DNA from: Opitutales bacterium | GTDB taxonomy: Bacteria; Verrucomicrobiota; Verrucomicrobiia; Opitutales; PNEW01 | DNA: 64,000 nt | Direction: 5' to 3' | Assembly: GCA_965197745.1 (NCBI GenBank) | Contig: CBDANS010000006.1 | Span: forward strand, 448,001-512,000 | In this document: positions 60,668 to 64,000 of the stretch, in pieces | Numbering within the stretch: position 1 is the stretch's first letter | Layout of the letters: each line of letters begins with the position of its first letter | Notes under the pieces: model-generated | The model's input: the letters and a program-made list of their open reading frames with translations, nothing else | Told to the model about the DNA's origin: nothing | Database searches by the model: none | Made by a program: the position numbers and the translations under genes

Positions 60668-61309
60668 ATGTCATCACCTGTATCCATGGATCGCGAAAGC
60701 CTTTCACACTGCTTCAATCGTCTTCTCAGCACCGAAGATAACGCCGATGGGCTAACCCTGGGCGACGTTTTTTCGCAGGTTGGCGACAAAGGGTTCGGAC
60801 TCCTTCTCGTCGTCTTAGCCTTACCCAGCGCCCTACCCGTTCCGGCCGCCGGCTACAGCACGCCTTTCGGAATTTTGATTGCCATACTCGGCTTGCAGAT
60901 GATTTTCGGACGAAGCAGCCCCTGGCTGCCGTCCCGGGCTAAAAGGATGAAAATTAAACCCGCTTTTTTTAAAAAAATGTTCCATGCCGCCAATCAGTTT
61001 TTTTCGCGGTTCGAACACTTGATCAAACCTCGCATGCGTTGGATAGGAAGCAGACTGGGCCTCTCCTTTATGGGTGTCCTTGTTCTTATTATGGCCTGTC
61101 TCATGATTATGCCCATCCCCCTGACCAACACCGCACCAGCCATGGTGGTGTTTATCGTCGGGGTAGGTTTAAGCGAAGACGACGGTCTCTTTGCCGGAGC
61201 AGCCTGTGTCCTCGGTGTCCTTGCTGTCTTCCTTTATATCTATGTCATCTATCTCTTAATCACGGTTGGGGCGGAAGGTCTTAATAGAGCGTTAGGAACG
61301 GGGTCTTAG
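60668..61309 (+). CDS. ExoD-family exopolysaccharide synthesis membrane protein
   Basis: GFGLLL..LALP..LP.P, Q...GR..PWLP, PIP.TN..P, DG. Confidence 0.85.
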   Translation: MSSPVSMDRESLSHCFNRLLSTEDNADGLTLGDVFSQVGDKGFGLLLVVLALPSALPVPAAGYSTPFGILIAILGLQMIFGRSSPWLPSRAKRMKIKPAFFKKMFHAANQFFSRFEHLIKPRMRWIGSRLGLSFMGVLVLIMACLMIMPIPLTNTAPAMVVFIVGVGLSEDDGLFAGAACVLGVLAVFLYIYVIYLLITVGAEGLNRALGTGS

Positions 61310-61349
61310 GTTTAGGTGTCACCTCTCAGGTATGAGTGATTAAGCAAAA

Positions 61350-61487
61350 GGGAATATGCGAGAAAGCGGAAATGCGAATATGTGAAAAAAATCAATTTTA
61401 TCTTCCGGAGGAACGCGCATTATCGTGTCCGTTAGATTTTATAATTTATATTGGAATAACACGGCCACAACAACGCGTGTCCCTCCA
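61350..61487. repeat. Five octamers followed by a REPIN (61406-61487) in the opposite orientation to 59034-59112
   Basis: GGGAATAT GCGAGAAA GCGGAAAT GCGAATAT GTGAAAAA; CGGAGGAACGCG...CGTGTCCG and CGGCCACAACAACGCGTGTCCCTCCA. Confidence 0.75.
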
Positions 61488-61504
61488 GAACAACTGACAG
61501 ACCA

Positions 61505-64000
61505 GTGACCGCGCATAATTCAAAACTTAACACTATTTATCAGTTCTGGGCGAAACTCGTTGCGCGCGGCGCATGGGCGATTGTCTTCTTCGCATTCGTT
61601 TTAGCGTGGTTCTCATTTTCCTACACCAGGAACAACCTCGGGATTAATACCGACACTGTGGCGATGATTTCACCGGAACTTCCCTTCCGTAAAACCTTCG
61701 CCAACTATGAACAGGCTTTCCCAAATCACGCCGATAATATAGTAATTGTCGTTGACGCGGATACTCCGGAATTCGCGGACCAGGCCGCACGCGATCTGGT
61801 GGAACTCCTCAAAGGCGAACCGGATATTTTTGAAGACGCCTACCTCCCTGCCGGTGGGCCATTCATCGAACAAAACGGTCTGCTCTTTCTCGATTACGAG
61901 GCCCTCGAGGATCTCACGGATGATCTCTCCAAAGCGCAACCATTCCTCGCGTCACTGTTTCAGGATCAGAGCCTGAGAGGATTATTCGAGTTGCTCGATA
62001 TCGCTGTGCGCGAATTGGAAAACGATGAGGAGCTCAATCTCGATACGTTTTTTCTAAAAATCGACACACCCTTCCGCAAGACCCTCGATAACGAACCCTA
62101 TTACCTCTCCTGGCAGGACATCTTGAGCGACAAGGATTCCAAGATCAGTGATAGAAAACGATTCATAATGGCCAAACTGAAGTTCGACTATAACAAGATT
62201 CTCCCCGCTGAACGCGCCCTTGATGCTATCCACACCTGGGGTGAGGATCTTGCCGGCGATGGAACACGGGGAATTCGCGTAAGAGTTACCGGAGCGCCGG
62301 CTCTTGGGCATGAAGAGATGGTAAGCCTGATGGAGGGATCAAACGCCGCCGGCATCGCTTCACTCATTCTTGTATTCTTTTCTTTATTGTTCGGCTTTCG
62401 TTCACTCCCCATGGTTTTCGCCACAATCATTTCTCTTGTCGTGGGGATCCTCTACACCGCGGCTTTCGCAACCTGGGCTATTGGTCACCTCAATTTGATT
62501 TCAATCGCTTTCGCCATCCTTTATATCGGACTGGGGGTCGATTACGGCATTCACTTTTGTCTCCGCTATCGCGAGTGCTCCACCCATTCTAACAACCGCC
62601 TGGAAGCCCTTCACCATACCATCAGTTACATGGCGCCGGCGCTTGGCCTCTGTTCAATTTCAACGGCTATCGGGTTTTACGCTTTTGTTCCCACTGCGTA
62701 TCTCGGTGTTTCTGAACTGGGCCTTATTTCGGGCACCGGCATGTTCATCAGTTTTATTATCAGCATGACCCTTTTGCCGGCAATTCTTCATCTCTTTCCG
62801 AAAGTTCAGAGGCGGGCAAATGCGACGGATCCTGAAAAGGTGGAACCCAATTACCTGCAGCGATTGCCCATTCATCACAGCCGTTCTGTTTGCATTGTCG
62901 CCGGCATCATAATCGCGGGTTCTATCATTCTGCTCACCCGGGCGCAGTTCGATTACGATCCCATTAAACTTCGTGATCCCAGCACCGAATCTGTTCAAAC
63001 CGTAATGGACATGATCGCAGACACAGGTAAGCATCCTTCGACCATAATCACCCTGTCCTCAAGCGTGGAGGAGACCAGACGACTGAGCGAACAATTGGAA
63101 GTTCTTCCCGAAGTTGATCGTGTTATTTCCATTCTCTCTTACATTCCGGATGAGCAGGAGGATAAACTTATTCTCATCGAGGAGATCGATCTCATCCTTG
63201 GTCTTCAGTTACTCGACACCTCTCTTGTCTCTGCGCCCACGGCTAATGAACAGATTGAAAAACTAAGCGACTTTCTTGCTACCGTGCAGGACAGCCCATT
63301 AAAAGAGCAAAGCGCCTCGCTTCGCGAACTGGAATCGACCCTGATCGAATTTGAGCAGAAGGTGAATGCAACTACACCTGAAACGGCTGAATCGATTCTT
63401 AGCGACGCCGAATCAAGCCTCCTTGCCACCCTCCCTATTGCCGTGAACCGATTGCGCACGGCCCTTTCATCCGCTGAATCATTCACCTTAAATGACATTC
63501 CCGACTCGCTTAAAGACCTTTGGGTCAGCCGGGACAAACAGTATCGTATCCAGGTTTTTCCCGCCACCGATATCAGCGATAATTTCGAACTCAAACAGTT
63601 TGTCACCGCCGTCAGGACGGTCATTCCGAATGCCACTGCCGGACCTGTTTTTATCTACGAGTCGGGACGTGCTATTGTTGCCTCATTCAAACAGGCATTT
63701 ACCAGCGCCGTGGTGCTGATCTCAATCCTTTTATTCCTCATTTTCCGTAATGTGATTGATCCCGTCCTTGTCCTCGTGCCCTTGATCATAGCAGGAATTA
63801 TTACGGGAGCGTCCACCGTAGTTTTTAACATCCCTTTTAACTTTGCCAATATTATCGCGATTCCCCTCTTGCTCGGACTCGGCGTCGATAATGGAGTCCA
63901 TTTAGTCCACAGGCTTCACGATCCACAAATCGATAAGTCACACATCCTGGCTACCAGTACAGCCCGGGGTATTTTTTTCAGCGCCTTGACTACCATTTTC
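61505..64000 (+). CDS. MMPL/RND transporter, HpnN (hopanoid transporter)-like, 3' truncated by window edge
   Basis: Spot translations from GTG 61505 to the window end share one frame: INTDT.AMISPELPF, PFIEQNGLLFL, LNLISIAFAILYIGLGVDYGIH, FNFANIIAIPLLLGLGVDNGVH. Confidence 0.85.
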   Translation, partial: MTAHNSKLNTIYQFWAKLVARGAWAIVFFAFVLAWFSFSYTRNNLGINTDTVAMISPELPFRKTFANYEQAFPNHADNIVIVVDADTPEFADQAARDLVELLKGEPDIFEDAYLPAGGPFIEQNGLLFLDYEALEDLTDDLSKAQPFLASLFQDQSLRGLFELLDIAVRELENDEELNLDTFFLKIDTPFRKTLDNEPYYLSWQDILSDKDSKISDRKRFIMAKLKFDYNKILPAERALDAIHTWGEDLAGDGTRGIRVRVTGAPALGHEEMVSLMEGSNAAGIASLILVFFSLLFGFRSLPMVFATIISLVVGILYTAAFATWAIGHLNLISIAFAILYIGLGVDYGIHFCLRYRECSTHSNNRLEALHHTISYMAPALGLCSISTAIGFYAFVPTAYLGVSELGLISGTGMFISFIISMTLLPAILHLFPKVQRRANATDPEKVEPNYLQRLPIHHSRSVCIVAGIIIAGSIILLTRAQFDYDPIKLRDPSTESVQTVMDMIADTGKHPSTIITLSSSVEETRRLSEQLEVLPEVDRVISILSYIPDEQEDKLILIEEIDLILGLQLLDTSLVSAPTANEQIEKLSDFLATVQDSPLKEQSASLRELESTLIEFEQKVNATTPETAESILSDAESSLLATLPIAVNRLRTALSSAESFTLNDIPDSLKDLWVSRDKQYRIQVFPATDISDNFELKQFVTAVRTVIPNATAGPVFIYESGRAIVASFKQAFTSAVVLISILLFLIFRNVIDPVLVLVPLIIAGIITGASTVVFNIPFNFANIIAIPLLLGLGVDNGVHLVHRLHDPQIDKSHILATSTARGIFFSALTTIF

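Overview
Bacterial chromosomal window. The gene content (SHD1-thioredoxin, TIGR03790 protein, nadC-birA-coaX, ribB-ribH-nusB-ftsY-aroB) suggests Verrucomicrobiota/Opitutae, which is inference only. Most of it is housekeeping: NAD, CoA, biotin, riboflavin, thiamine and PLP genes, accBC, infC, clpP, dapL, Dpp-like and Gld-like ABC systems, and a partial HpnN-like MMPL gene missing from the ORF track. Accessory content: (1) a ~10 kb two-operon catabolic island with three paralogous TIM-barrel 'epimerases' that all carry Tyr where the second catalytic Glu is expected; (2) a FliA/WhiG-type sigma gene broken by a 5-bp duplication, behind a sigma54-type promoter and three candidate enhancer palindromes; (3) an IS481-family copy with a nonsense mutation, inserted in a repeat whose empty-site paralog lies 6 kb away; (4) a layered intergenic repeat system of 8-bp-phased G-N-G arrays that supply the stop codons of six unrelated genes, GGAG-type REPs/REPINs with nested mini-insertions, and a palindromic element holding a GIY-YIG relic; (5) a nuclease-fold hypothetical protein ending in a beta-clamp-type motif. 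No rRNA, tRNA or CRISPR array was recognised. All protein calls come from motif recognition, not database searches.
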